In this document: positions 40,188 through 49,391 of the stretch, piece after piece
Layout of the letters: each line of letters starts with the position of its first letter
How positions within the stretch are numbered: the stretch's first letter is position 1
Source: Terriglobia bacterium
GTDB lineage: Bacteria > Acidobacteriota > Terriglobia > Acidiferrales > UBA7541
Length of the DNA stretch: 64,000 nt
Direction: 5' to 3'
NCBI GenBank assembly: GCA_963695545.1
Contig: OY968796.1
Span: forward strand, 960,001 to 1,024,000
The notes under the pieces: generated by a model
Databases searched by the model: none
What the model saw: only the letters and a program-made list of their open reading frames with translations
Told to the model about the DNA's origin: nothing
Translations under genes and position numbers: made by a program

Positions 40188-41120
40188 TTACTTCCGTCCG
40201 GATTTGCCGGTTTGTCGAAATCTTTCGATTAGCTCCGTGATCAGCAGCTCCATCACCGGATCTTCCGCCGACGCACTCTCCTGCGCCGCCGGACTCATGA
40301 CCGTCTCCGTCTCTTGCAGCTCGAATTCTCGCGCGACTTCCTCCACCAGAGACGGTTGAACCTCCGGCTGCTGATCCACATACGCATTGATCAGCGTGTG
40401 CTCGCAGAGCAGGTTGGTGACTCTGGGAATGCCCTTGGCGTACTTGTGGATCGCCACGATCGAGTCGGCCGTGAAAATCTCCCGGCTATCCCCGCCGGCA
40501 ATGCGCAGCCGCTCGGCGATGTAACCGCGCGTCTCGTCCAGCGTGAGGGGGCGCGTCTTCGTGCGGATCGTGATCCGCTGGCGCAATTGGCGCAATTGAG
40601 GAAGCTTTAGTTTTTCTTCGAGCTCGGGCTGACCGGAAAGCACAATCTGCAAAAGTTTCTCCGTGGCCGTCTCCAGATTCGTCAGCATGCGAATTTCTTC
40701 GAGCACCTCAAAAGAAAGGTGCTGCGCCTCATCGACGATCAGCACGGCGGACTGGCCGTCGCGGTATCGCTCCAACAGCCACTCGTTCAATCGAATCTGC
40801 CGAAGGCTTTGAGAGCGTTCCTCGCACGGAATCTCGAAGTCGTTGAGGATGAAATCGAACATCTGGTTGACGTTCAGATGAGAATTGAAAACGAAGGCCG
40901 TCGCAACGTTTCGCTGGCGCAGCCAGTCGAGCAGCCGGTTCAGCAGAGTCGTCTTGCCCGTTCCCACCTCGCCGGTGAGCAGCAGAAATCCCTTGCGCGT
41001 GTCGATTCCATACGTCAGCGCCGACATCGCCTCCTCCATGGCCTGCGTGAAAAACAGGTAGCGAGGATCGGGGTTGACGTTGAACGGATTTTCCCGGAGC
41101 CCGAAAAACTTTTTGTACAT
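40188..41120 (-). CDS. ExeA/GspA-family AAA ATPase (EPS/PEP-CTERM-locus type)
   Basis: MYKKFFGLRENPF..PDP, TGEVGTGKTT, IVDEAQ, GQPEL, QLRQRI and GIPR. Confidence 0.93.
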   Translation of the reverse strand: MYKKFFGLRENPFNVNPDPRYLFFTQAMEEAMSALTYGIDTRKGFLLLTGEVGTGKTTLLNRLLDWLRQRNVATAFVFNSHLNVNQMFDFILNDFEIPCEERSQSLRQIRLNEWLLERYRDGQSAVLIVDEAQHLSFEVLEEIRMLTNLETATEKLLQIVLSGQPELEEKLKLPQLRQLRQRITIRTKTRPLTLDETRGYIAERLRIAGGDSREIFTADSIVAIHKYAKGIPRVTNLLCEHTLINAYVDQQPEVQPSLVEEVAREFELQETETVMSPAAQESASAEDPVMELLITELIERFRQTGKSGRK

Positions 41121-41128
41121 GAGAACCC

Positions 41129-42643
41129 TCAGGCCTCGCGACGCACAATCGAACCGCGCTTGGCCCCGCCGAGCAAACTGCCGCGTTTTAGCCCGGCGGG
41201 ATCGTATTGCGGGATCATGACGATGGCCGGCACGTGCATCAACGTCTCGACGTCCCGGTCGTTATGCAAGGTGCTGTCCTGAATCAGGAAGAATGCGATC
41301 ACTCCCAAGCCCAACGCCAACCCAATGCCAAATCCCCCAGCGGAAAAAAGGATCGGGTTGGGGAACGACGCCCGGCTCGGCAGATTCGGCGGATCGAGCA
41401 CGCCAAACTGCTGGCCTTCCTGCTCGTGCTCTAGATCGGTCGCCTCCGCTGATTCGTCGTGCTCTTTCAGCAGACCGTTGTAGAAGTCCAACGCCGTTTG
41501 ATAATCGCGCGTCAGATCCTTGAATTGTTCCTCGACCTCGGGACTCGCCCTCACCTTCGCTTGCAGCGAGCCGATCTGGCCCTGCAGCGTCTGCTCCTGT
41601 TTCAACGCGCCTTGCACGGCGATAGCGGCTTCTTGCAACTGCGCACGCAGCTGCTGAATCTGCGGCGGTTCTAACGTGCTCGGTTTAACGGCGACGCTCG
41701 GATCCGCGGGACCCGGCTGTTGCGCTGCCGCGATTTTCTGGTTGATCGCGGCCAGATCCTCCTTGGCCTTGACCACGTCCGGATACTCGTCGGTGTACTC
41801 GGCTTGGAGCGCGGTCAGCCTGGCCTCGGCCGCCTGCTTATCCTTCAACAGAGTGTCCGGGTCCTGACCCTGGCTTACCTGCGACTGTTTCCACGCCGCC
41901 ACCTGCTGCGTCAGCATCGATTCGTCGAAGGCTTTCTCCTGCTGCAAGCGGCCGACGTTTTGCGTCACCGCCTCCAGTTGCGTGTTGTAGGCCATCAAGA
42001 GTTGCAAGTTCTGTTGCTCTTCATCTGGCAGGGCGCCCAGATTCTTCTGCTTGAACGCCGCCAGCTTGGCGTCCTGGTCGTCCAGCTTGGCCTTGGCTTC
42101 TTGCAGCTGCTGCGAAAGAAATTGCGTGGTATTCTCGGCGTGTTCCTCGCGGAGCCGGGTGTTCTGCTCCATGAACATAGAGGTAATTTCCTGGCAGATC
42201 TGCTGCGCGTGGGCGGCATCGCTAAACGTGACAGTAACATCGAACCCGGGTAGCGAGCGGTCCGGATCTCCCTGAATCGGTTCCATCGGATCTACTTCGA
42301 TGGCTTTCTGCAAGCGATCCACCAGGAGGTCCATCGGAACGCTCCCGTTGTCGTTCGGGTATAGGTTCAGTTTTTGGATCACGTCGCTCAACCGCGTGCG
42401 GCTCAGAATCTGTTGTTGCATCGAGGCCAGCCGGGCGTTCCAATCCTCACTCACCGCCGCAGGAACGTACGTCGCGGATACGCTCGGCTGCTCGACCAAA
42501 ACCTTCGTCTCGGACTCATAGCGTTTCGGCAATAGCAACGCCAGAGTGATTCCAATCGCTAGACCAATGGCGGCGGTGCATGCACAGATGGGCCAGCGCC
42601 TGCGGAACATTGCCAGAAAATCTTGTGGTGTAAACTCTCTCAC
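41129..42643 (-). CDS. Polysaccharide chain-length determinant / co-polymerase (Wzz/GumC, Wzc N-terminal)
   Basis: N- and C-terminal TM helices flanking a coiled coil; ILSRTRL, YTDEYPDV, LTRDY and F.VLDPP..P; GAAGGAG RBS. Confidence 0.92.
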   Translation of the reverse strand: MREFTPQDFLAMFRRRWPICACTAAIGLAIGITLALLLPKRYESETKVLVEQPSVSATYVPAAVSEDWNARLASMQQQILSRTRLSDVIQKLNLYPNDNGSVPMDLLVDRLQKAIEVDPMEPIQGDPDRSLPGFDVTVTFSDAAHAQQICQEITSMFMEQNTRLREEHAENTTQFLSQQLQEAKAKLDDQDAKLAAFKQKNLGALPDEEQQNLQLLMAYNTQLEAVTQNVGRLQQEKAFDESMLTQQVAAWKQSQVSQGQDPDTLLKDKQAAEARLTALQAEYTDEYPDVVKAKEDLAAINQKIAAAQQPGPADPSVAVKPSTLEPPQIQQLRAQLQEAAIAVQGALKQEQTLQGQIGSLQAKVRASPEVEEQFKDLTRDYQTALDFYNGLLKEHDESAEATDLEHEQEGQQFGVLDPPNLPSRASFPNPILFSAGGFGIGLALGLGVIAFFLIQDSTLHNDRDVETLMHVPAIVMIPQYDPAGLKRGSLLGGAKRGSIVRREA

Positions 42644-42725
42644 GACGATTGCTCCTTCGCTCCTCTATCGGCTCAGGTTCGAGCCGCTCGGAGAAATCTT
42701 ATTGCGTGCCACATACGGCGCGCGT

Positions 42726-43709
42726 TCAAACCCCTGCCTTGCCCCGCTCCTCGAATTGCTTGATTTTGCAGAGCAGCGACTTGTAGCTGATGTGCAGTTG
42801 CTGGGCCGCGAGCTTGCGGTTCCATCGCGTGTGCTCCAGCGTTTTCAGGATCAAATTGCGCTCGGCCTCGCGCGAAGCTGCACGCGCGGCCACCTTGAGT
42901 GAGGTTCCCTCCGGCTCCAAACCGTGCACGGCCTGTAGGATGTCGTCCCGGCCCAGGTCCGCCAGCGCGAAATCGTCGTCGCCAAGCACCACGATTCTCT
43001 TCGCCATGTTTTCCAGCTCGCGCAAATTACCCGGCCACGCGTGATCGGCCAGCCGTTTCATCGTGCGCACCGAAACATCCGGCCGCGGGCGCTGCAGCAA
43101 GTTCGATTGCTTGTCGAGAAAATAGTTCGCCAACTTAGGTATATCCGTCTTCCGCTCTCGCAGCGGCGGCACGCGCAACGAAACCGCGTTTAACCGATAG
43201 TAAAGTTCCTTGCGAAACTTCCCGTTCTGCACCTCGGACTCCAGGTTCTTGGTCGTCGCCGAAACCAACCGCGCCGAGATCAAGCCCGGACCGGGCGTCC
43301 ATTCATCGTCCGGCAAGGACGAGAGCAGCATTTTCTGGCAGAGCGGGTCAAGCTCGCTCACCTCGTCAAAAAAAAGCGTGAGCGTGTCGCCGCTTGCTGC
43401 ATCCGCGCCCGCACCGGCTTCGGCCAACACATCGGAAAACCGCGCTTCGTTCAAAGCCGCGCACTGGATCTTGCGAAAGCTCGACGCGGGGCGCCCTGAA
43501 AGTCTATGAATGTGCCGTGCGTGGGCTTCCTTGCCGACGCCACTTTCACCCGTTAGCAGAACCGGAATGTTTGTCCTGGCCACATCAGATGCCACGCGTT
43601 CCAACGACTGCATCACCGGATCCGAGCCAGCGACGAATGCTTCGGGCTTCGCCGGAGGGGCGGTGTCGGTCAGGATCTCGGTGCTTGGGCCGTGAACGGA
43701 CATACTCAT
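42726..43709 (-). CDS. Atypical sigma54-interaction-domain / Fis-HTH regulator (no sensor domain, no GAFTGA loop)
   Basis: PVLLTGESGVGKE, LFFDEV, FRKELYYRL, PPLRER, WPGNLRELEN and a C-terminal HTH. The ESELFG..GAFTGA segment is absent. Confidence 0.88.
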   Translation of the reverse strand: MSMSVHGPSTEILTDTAPPAKPEAFVAGSDPVMQSLERVASDVARTNIPVLLTGESGVGKEAHARHIHRLSGRPASSFRKIQCAALNEARFSDVLAEAGAGADAASGDTLTLFFDEVSELDPLCQKMLLSSLPDDEWTPGPGLISARLVSATTKNLESEVQNGKFRKELYYRLNAVSLRVPPLRERKTDIPKLANYFLDKQSNLLQRPRPDVSVRTMKRLADHAWPGNLRELENMAKRIVVLGDDDFALADLGRDDILQAVHGLEPEGTSLKVAARAASREAERNLILKTLEHTRWNRKLAAQQLHISYKSLLCKIKQFEERGKAGV

Positions 43710-44250
43710 GGATGCCCCCAACGGGGACGCGCACTCTCCCCTACGACATGAGATTAGCACGAACGCTTCCAATCTTGGGCTGAAGCCAAATTTGCCTTGG
43801 TCGCGCAGATCCTCAACTGAATGAATGGCTTACATCGAAAACTGACGACCTGGACCCGAGCGTGAAATCCCGCGTGTTTGGCGAAACTTCCATTTAGTGG
43901 CATATCATTTCCCACAAATCAAGAGCGTCCGGCCAGTGATAGCAAAAAATGGCGAATTTTGAGTCTAAGTTGCTTGCAAAGAGCGATATAGCGAAGGTTC
44001 CCGCTAGCTCGATACTCACCTGGTTCGTCAAATGTCGCCCTCTGTCCAATCTGGAGCTCCATTCGACCTGGTGCGCTTTGCAGTTCTCGGCCGCTCGCGG
44101 TCCGCTGGTGGAGACGCTGCATTTACCGCCGGATCTCTCCGCGTCCAGACTGCCAATTTTGCGCGTCTGTGAATGCTTCGAACCGCTCCGGCTGACGCGA
44201 GTATCATAGACTCTATGGAGGCCCGGATTCGCATCCGGTGAATCGCATTC

Positions 44251-44694
44251 ATGCAATACGATTCCGATCGAGAACCTTCGGGCGTTTTTCGCAATCCTCT
44301 TCTCTACTCCTCGGTGATCCTGGTCATCGTAGCCGCGGTGGTCGGCTGGATCTTTTTCTCGCGCTGGCAGGAAAACCGCGCCTTCGCCGAGCGAGCCGCG
44401 CAGCAGACGCGTTCGCAGGATCAACACATTGTCGACGCGATGGGCGGTGACACGTTCGAGATCATGAATTTCTACGTCACTCCTCTTTCGATCGAAGCCG
44501 GAGAATCGGCCGAGGTTTGTTACGGCGTCGCGAATGCCAAGCAGGTACGTCTCGATCCCCCGGCGGGCCCGGTGTGGCCGTCCTACAGCCGCTGCTTGGA
44601 CGTCGCGCCGCGCAAAGATACGACATACACGTTGACCGCCGAAGACGCCGCGGGCAATGTGAAGACCGCGACCGTCACGCTGCGCGTGCATTGA
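44251..44694 (+). CDS. Hypothetical membrane-anchored protein with a small beta-rich domain
   Basis: One N-terminal TM helix, a Cys pair and TTYTLTAEDAAGN beta-strand pattern; typical codon usage. Confidence 0.7.
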   Translation: MQYDSDREPSGVFRNPLLYSSVILVIVAAVVGWIFFSRWQENRAFAERAAQQTRSQDQHIVDAMGGDTFEIMNFYVTPLSIEAGESAEVCYGVANAKQVRLDPPAGPVWPSYSRCLDVAPRKDTTYTLTAEDAAGNVKTATVTLRVH

Positions 44695-44867
44695 TCGCGC
44701 TGCGACTAATCCGCGCGCGCCGCGTCGCGTTGCGGCATGCTCTTGTCGGGCGGCGCGGGGTGCCCCTATAATCACACCTTCTGCCGCACGGGACTGGCGG
44801 GCACTTCCTGGCCGTCCCTTCTTCACGGAAAAGAGCAGCAAGAAATCGGGCTGAAAAGAATACGGAT

Positions 44868-45344
44868 ATGGCGGACGCACTCACCAACGTCAAGAAAAAA
44901 CTGGCCGATGAAATCGCGCAGCTCGAACATGAGCTGGCTTTCGATCTTCCAAAAGAAATTATGGTCGCGCGCGCGCACGGCGATCTTTCCGAGAACGCCG
45001 AATACAAGTACGCGAAAGAACGCCAGGGCTACGTTTCCGCGCGTCTCGGCCAACTCAAGAAACGCCTGGGCGATTTGGGAATGCTCAATCTGAACAATAT
45101 TCCCAAAGACCGCGCGGGGTACGGCTCGCGCGTCTGGGTGCGCGAAGCGAAAAAACCCGAGGTCGAATACAAGCTGGTGACCACGGAAGAAGCCGACGCC
45201 ACCAAGGGTTTGATCTCCACAACCTCGCCGATCGGCAAAGCGTTTCTGGGGCGCAAAGTCGGCGAGGACGTGAGCGTGCAGACGCCGGCGGGCATGCGCG
45301 AGTTCGAGATCGTGCGAATCAAAACCATCCACGACGAAGAGTAA
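44868..45344 (+). CDS. greA: Transcription elongation factor GreA/GreB
   Basis: ARAHGDLSENAEYKYAKE and ISTTSPIGKAFLG motifs. Confidence 0.93.
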   Translation: MADALTNVKKKLADEIAQLEHELAFDLPKEIMVARAHGDLSENAEYKYAKERQGYVSARLGQLKKRLGDLGMLNLNNIPKDRAGYGSRVWVREAKKPEVEYKLVTTEEADATKGLISTTSPIGKAFLGRKVGEDVSVQTPAGMREFEIVRIKTIHDEE

Positions 45345-45600
45345 GCTGCAAGAAATTGCGCGATTCCCGCACGCGAGACGACTCCGCAGCGCGCGACGAC
45401 GTTCCTGCGCGTGCGCGACGCCGCACCGGCGCCCTCATCGCGGCCTCCCCTCGCCCTCCCCGCCATCCACAGGTCAGATCATTGCGCCGGTAGGGCGGCA
45501 GTGCTAGCATCCCGGCCGTCGGGCATCGAACCGCGGCGTGAGCGGACCATTCCGAGCATTGCACCTGGGGACCGCTCTCCGGGCCGGGATAGGGGCGCAC

Positions 45601-47733
45601 ATGAAAGCTTACGAGACAGCTTTCCTTCGTGATGTCGGCATTGTAGGTCATGGCGATACGGGCAAGACGCAGCTCGTATCGGCGCTGCTGTTCACGGCGG
45701 GGATGACCAACCGCCTTGGCAAGGTCGCCGAAGGGACCACGACCACCGACTGGGACGAAGAAGAGATCGCGCGAAAGATTTCGATTCAAACCAGCCTGGC
45801 ATTCGCCGAGTGGGCCGCGAACGGATCACCCGAAAAAACCAAAATCAATCTCCTCGATACGCCGGGCTACAGCACGTTTGTGAATGAAGCGCGCGCGTCG
45901 CTGGTGGCGGCCGACGCGGCGCTGATCGTGGTGGACGCGGTGGCCGGCGTGCAGGTGGTGACGGAAAAAGTGTGGGATTACGCAACGGAGTACGACCTCC
46001 CGCGCGCGTTTGTGATCAACTGGATGGATCGGGAGCTCGCGAATTTCGATCGGGCGTTCGCCGCGATCCAACAAGTGTTTGGCCGGGGCGTGGTCGCGGT
46101 GCAATTGCCGATCGGCGAGGAACGAAGTTTTCGCGGCGTGGTGGATTTGATTTCGATGAAAGCGCACGTGTACCAGGCGGACGGCGACGGCCGAGCGAAG
46201 ATCGAAGAGATACCGGCCGACATGGCGGACGCGGCAAAGGCAGCGCACGAGGCGCTCGTCGAGATGGTGGCCGAAGGCGACGACGCGCTGATGGAAGAAT
46301 TTTTCGCGCAGGGCACGCTTCCGATCGAAGATTTGACGAAGGGATTGCGGGCGGCGTTCATCGCGAAGCGCATCCAGCCGGTGGCGCTGACTTCGGCGCT
46401 GCACAACATCGGGAGCCAGTCGCTGCTCGATTTGATCGTGGAGATTTTTCCGGACCCGGCGGCGCGCGGACAGGCCACGGGCAAAACCGAGACCGGCGGG
46501 AAGGGCCAGCCGATCGAGCGGCGCATCGCGGACGCGGAGCCGGTATCGCTATTTTTCTTCAAGACGCTGGCCGATCCTTTCGCGGGACGCATCAGCTACT
46601 TCAAGGTGAATTCCGGGACGCTTAAGAATGATGCGACGCTGGCCAATTTCACGCATGGGTCGAGCGAGCGGCTGCAACACGTGCAAGTGATGCAGGGCAA
46701 AACGGCCGCGGCCGTGACCGAATTGCACGCCGGAGATATCGGCGCCGTGGCGAAGCTGAAAGATACGGTGACCGGCGACACGCTCGGCGATAAGGGCGCG
46801 CCGATTCATTATCCCCCGCCGCACATTCCCGAGCCTTCGATCACGTTCGCGATCGAGGCCAAGACGCGCGCGGATGAAGATCGCATCGGCGTGGCGATTC
46901 ATCGGATTCTTGAGGAAGATCTGGCGCTGCGTTTTTCGCGCGATCCGCAGACTAAAGAATTCTTGCTGGCCGGTTCGGGGCAGCAGCACGTTGAGGTGGT
47001 GGTGGCGAAGCTGCGGAAGCGCTACCACGTGGAGTTGCTGCTGAAGCCGCCGAAGGTGCCTTACCGCGAAACGATTCGCGCGAAGGCGGATGCCGAAGGC
47101 AAACACAAGAAGCAAACCGGCGGGCATGGACAATTCGGTGTGTGTCGCGTGCGGATCGAGCCGTTGCCGCGCGGATCGGGATTCGAGTTCGTGGACGACG
47201 TATTTGGCGGTGCGATTCCTCGGAATTTCATTCCGTCGGTGGAGAAAGGGATTCGCGCGGCGGCCGAGCGCGGTTATCTGGCCGGATGCCCGGTGGTGGA
47301 TTTCCGCGCGGTGCTGTACGACGGGAAGTACCACGACGTGGATTCGTCGGACATGGCATTCAAGATCGCGGGCTCGCTCGCGTTCAAAGAAGCGATGAAA
47401 TCGGCGAAGCCGTCGCTGCTCGAGCCGGTGATGAACGTGGAGGTGTACGCGCCGGACCAATATTCCGGAGACATCATGGGCGATCTGAGCTCGCGACGCG
47501 GGCGAATTAGTGGCAGCGAGGCGCGCGGAGCAAGCGTGATCGTGAAGGCGCAAGTGCCGCTGGCGGAGATGTTGTCGTACGCGACGGATTTGACGTCGAT
47601 GACCCAAGGCCGCGCGACGTATTCGATGGAATTCGCGCATTACGATTTCATGCCTCCCGAGACCGCCGAGAAAGTGATCGCCGCAGCGAAGGCCGCCCGC
47701 GCCGGCGAGCCGGTGGAAGAAGAGGAAGGCTGA
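45601..47733 (+). CDS. fusA: Elongation factor G paralogue (EF-G2 / FusA2)
   Basis: GHGDTGKT, DTPGY, VPYRETI, KKQTGGHGQFG, YHDVDSS..AF, LLEP and TQGR. Not in an rpsL-rpsG-tuf operon; GTPase motifs are divergent. Confidence 0.92.
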   Translation: MKAYETAFLRDVGIVGHGDTGKTQLVSALLFTAGMTNRLGKVAEGTTTTDWDEEEIARKISIQTSLAFAEWAANGSPEKTKINLLDTPGYSTFVNEARASLVAADAALIVVDAVAGVQVVTEKVWDYATEYDLPRAFVINWMDRELANFDRAFAAIQQVFGRGVVAVQLPIGEERSFRGVVDLISMKAHVYQADGDGRAKIEEIPADMADAAKAAHEALVEMVAEGDDALMEEFFAQGTLPIEDLTKGLRAAFIAKRIQPVALTSALHNIGSQSLLDLIVEIFPDPAARGQATGKTETGGKGQPIERRIADAEPVSLFFFKTLADPFAGRISYFKVNSGTLKNDATLANFTHGSSERLQHVQVMQGKTAAAVTELHAGDIGAVAKLKDTVTGDTLGDKGAPIHYPPPHIPEPSITFAIEAKTRADEDRIGVAIHRILEEDLALRFSRDPQTKEFLLAGSGQQHVEVVVAKLRKRYHVELLLKPPKVPYRETIRAKADAEGKHKKQTGGHGQFGVCRVRIEPLPRGSGFEFVDDVFGGAIPRNFIPSVEKGIRAAAERGYLAGCPVVDFRAVLYDGKYHDVDSSDMAFKIAGSLAFKEAMKSAKPSLLEPVMNVEVYAPDQYSGDIMGDLSSRRGRISGSEARGASVIVKAQVPLAEMLSYATDLTSMTQGRATYSMEFAHYDFMPPETAEKVIAAAKAARAGEPVEEEEG

Positions 47734-47800
47734 GGCGGAGCCGGAATCCTCGATAAAGTGGTTCTCGGACGCTGGACGCCAGGCCGCGGATTGAAGGGCA

Positions 47801-48176
47801 CCCCACCCCGGGTACCCAGTTTGTAAAATCATGTGAACAAAAGACTTCCGGGAAAAGTGTGCGTGAGGAGTGCGTAAGTGATTGAATTCAAGCCGCTTAC
47901 AATTCTGCGTTAAACCTTTAGTTTCAATAAGATGCGCACGCTCTTGAAGGGGTTCGGAATCCTTTGAAAATAAGCCGTTTGGAGGGGCGGTTTTTCCGTC
48001 TGAGTGCGCGTTCTGCAGGGGAACGCGGGCGCTGTGCTGAAGGGACGAGTGGCACGTGTTCCGTTGAGCGTGACGAGAGGTGAGCGACCGGGATGTGTGA
48101 TCGCGATTCATACCGAATGATACTATAGTAGTAATCCACCTGTCAAGGTAATTGATAGGGTATTCTGTTCGAATAG
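47801..48176 (-). repeat. Dispersed non-coding element, copy B
   Basis: The minus strand reads TATTCG..GAATAC..TCAATTA..TTGACA-18-TATCAT...GTGCGCATCTTATTGA...CGCACTC...TACCCGGGGTG, colinear with 14112-14455. Confidence 0.7.
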
Positions 48177-48232
48177 ATGTGGAAATTCATTCGAATTGTG
48201 GGTCTGAGGAAGCGGATGTGGGGGCCGAACTT

Positions 48233-48309
48233 CCCCACCCTTCGCGTGGCAACGGATGGGCCACCGCGGGCTGCGCCTTGCGCGGCCCAACGGACGCACC
48301 ATTCGGCCC
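48233..48309. repeat. REP-like palindrome plus imperfect direct repeat (left copy)
   Basis: CCCCACCCTTCGCG..ACGGATGGGCCACC resembles a REP. 48251-48309 is an imperfect direct repeat of 49212-49262. Confidence 0.55.
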
Positions 48310-48364
48310 CGCGGTGAAGACCCCCGGGCCAGGGAAATGGTGTGGCGCCCGCCTGCGGGCCGAA

Positions 48365-49027
48365 CTACGCGGATGCTAGCTCGCAGTTTCTTAGGGAAAT
48401 CTGAAAGCGATCAATTTCTTCAATTTCTCCCGAAACAGTGATTGTCTGCCCCTTTTGTAGAATCGAAATATGCTCCGCCCACGTTTTGTCGAAGCACATG
48501 TAAATCAGAGAGACTGGTCCTATTTGGAAAGTAACGAATTGCCCGAATGATTCGAGCGGAAGTATGTTGCTTATACTGCCGCTAGTGTTCATCCATTTTC
48601 CTATGTACGGTTGAATCGCCTTTTGCGCATCGACGCTCGTCTTGTCTTTGCATAAGTTCATCAGATCAACCGGGGCTAGGGTGCTGCTGACGAATATGCG
48701 ACTCGACTCTGATGCACGCGTCTCTTGTTTCTCGCTAAGCGCCAAAGAACTCCGGTCCTTTTGCGTTGCAGGGGTTTCTTCGATACTCCAAAGGATCAAG
48801 GCAACGCCAATCAAGACAGTTGCGAGCGAAAACAGAGGGTGAAAAATAACTGAGCGCAGGTGGCGCAGACCGATAAGGATAGCGGGGTAAAATTGCCGCA
48901 GGATCTGTGCATCGGAGACTAATTCAAACAGCCATCTTATCGGCTGGATCAGATTCACCAAAATCAGCGCTAAACCTGTTAAGCCTTTCCTAGTCTTGAG
49001 TGATCGTCGCAGTCTGTCTTCTCGCAT
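48365..49027 (-). CDS. Hypothetical membrane protein with a C-terminal OB-fold-like (tRNA_anti-like) domain
   Basis: Two N-terminal hydrophobic segments, then YIGKWMNTSGSISNI...LQKGQTITVSGEI...LRNCEL. AT-richer codon usage than the flanks. Confidence 0.6.
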   Translation of the reverse strand: MREDRLRRSLKTRKGLTGLALILVNLIQPIRWLFELVSDAQILRQFYPAILIGLRHLRSVIFHPLFSLATVLIGVALILWSIEETPATQKDRSSLALSEKQETRASESSRIFVSSTLAPVDLMNLCKDKTSVDAQKAIQPYIGKWMNTSGSISNILPLESFGQFVTFQIGPVSLIYMCFDKTWAEHISILQKGQTITVSGEIEEIDRFQISLRNCELASA

Positions 49028-49211
49028 AGCGGGGCATTATATACCTGCCGTCCGTTAACAAGACCGGGCCGTCAGCGGTCCCTATCGAAGTCTATTCCGC
49101 AATAGCGTCACAAGATCTCCCCGTGCGGCCGCGGCCTCAAATTCATTCGACTTACGGGTGGCGGGAGGGGGCGAGCCCGAAATGTGAACTGCCTGAACGT
49201 TTGCGTGCCGC

Positions 49212-49262
49212 AGCGGATGCGCGACCCCGGGCTCGCGGCCCGACCGACGCGCGATTCGACTC
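49212..49262. repeat. Imperfect direct repeat (right copy) of 48251-48309
   Basis: AGCGGATGCGCGACCCCGGG vs AACGGATGGGCCACCGCGGG (16/20), and CGCGGCCCGACCGACGCGCGATTCGACTC vs CGCGGCCCAACGGACGCACCATTCGGCCC (23/29). Confidence 0.55.
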
Positions 49263-49391
49263 CTGGCTGGGACGGCTGCGCCGCGCGCGCGTGCCTTACG
49301 GCGACGCTTTGCGGCGGCCGGGCGTAAGCTTGCCTGGGTCTACCGGGGCATCTATCATCGCTGGGGCCGTCTTGGCCGGTTTGGAGGGTGC

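Noticed and set aside
46549..48111. 520-aa - strand ORF starting in element copy B
   Set aside because: Mostly the antisense shadow of fusA2, and its frame is not conserved with copy A. It is treated as non-coding, though a short leaderless product cannot be excluded.
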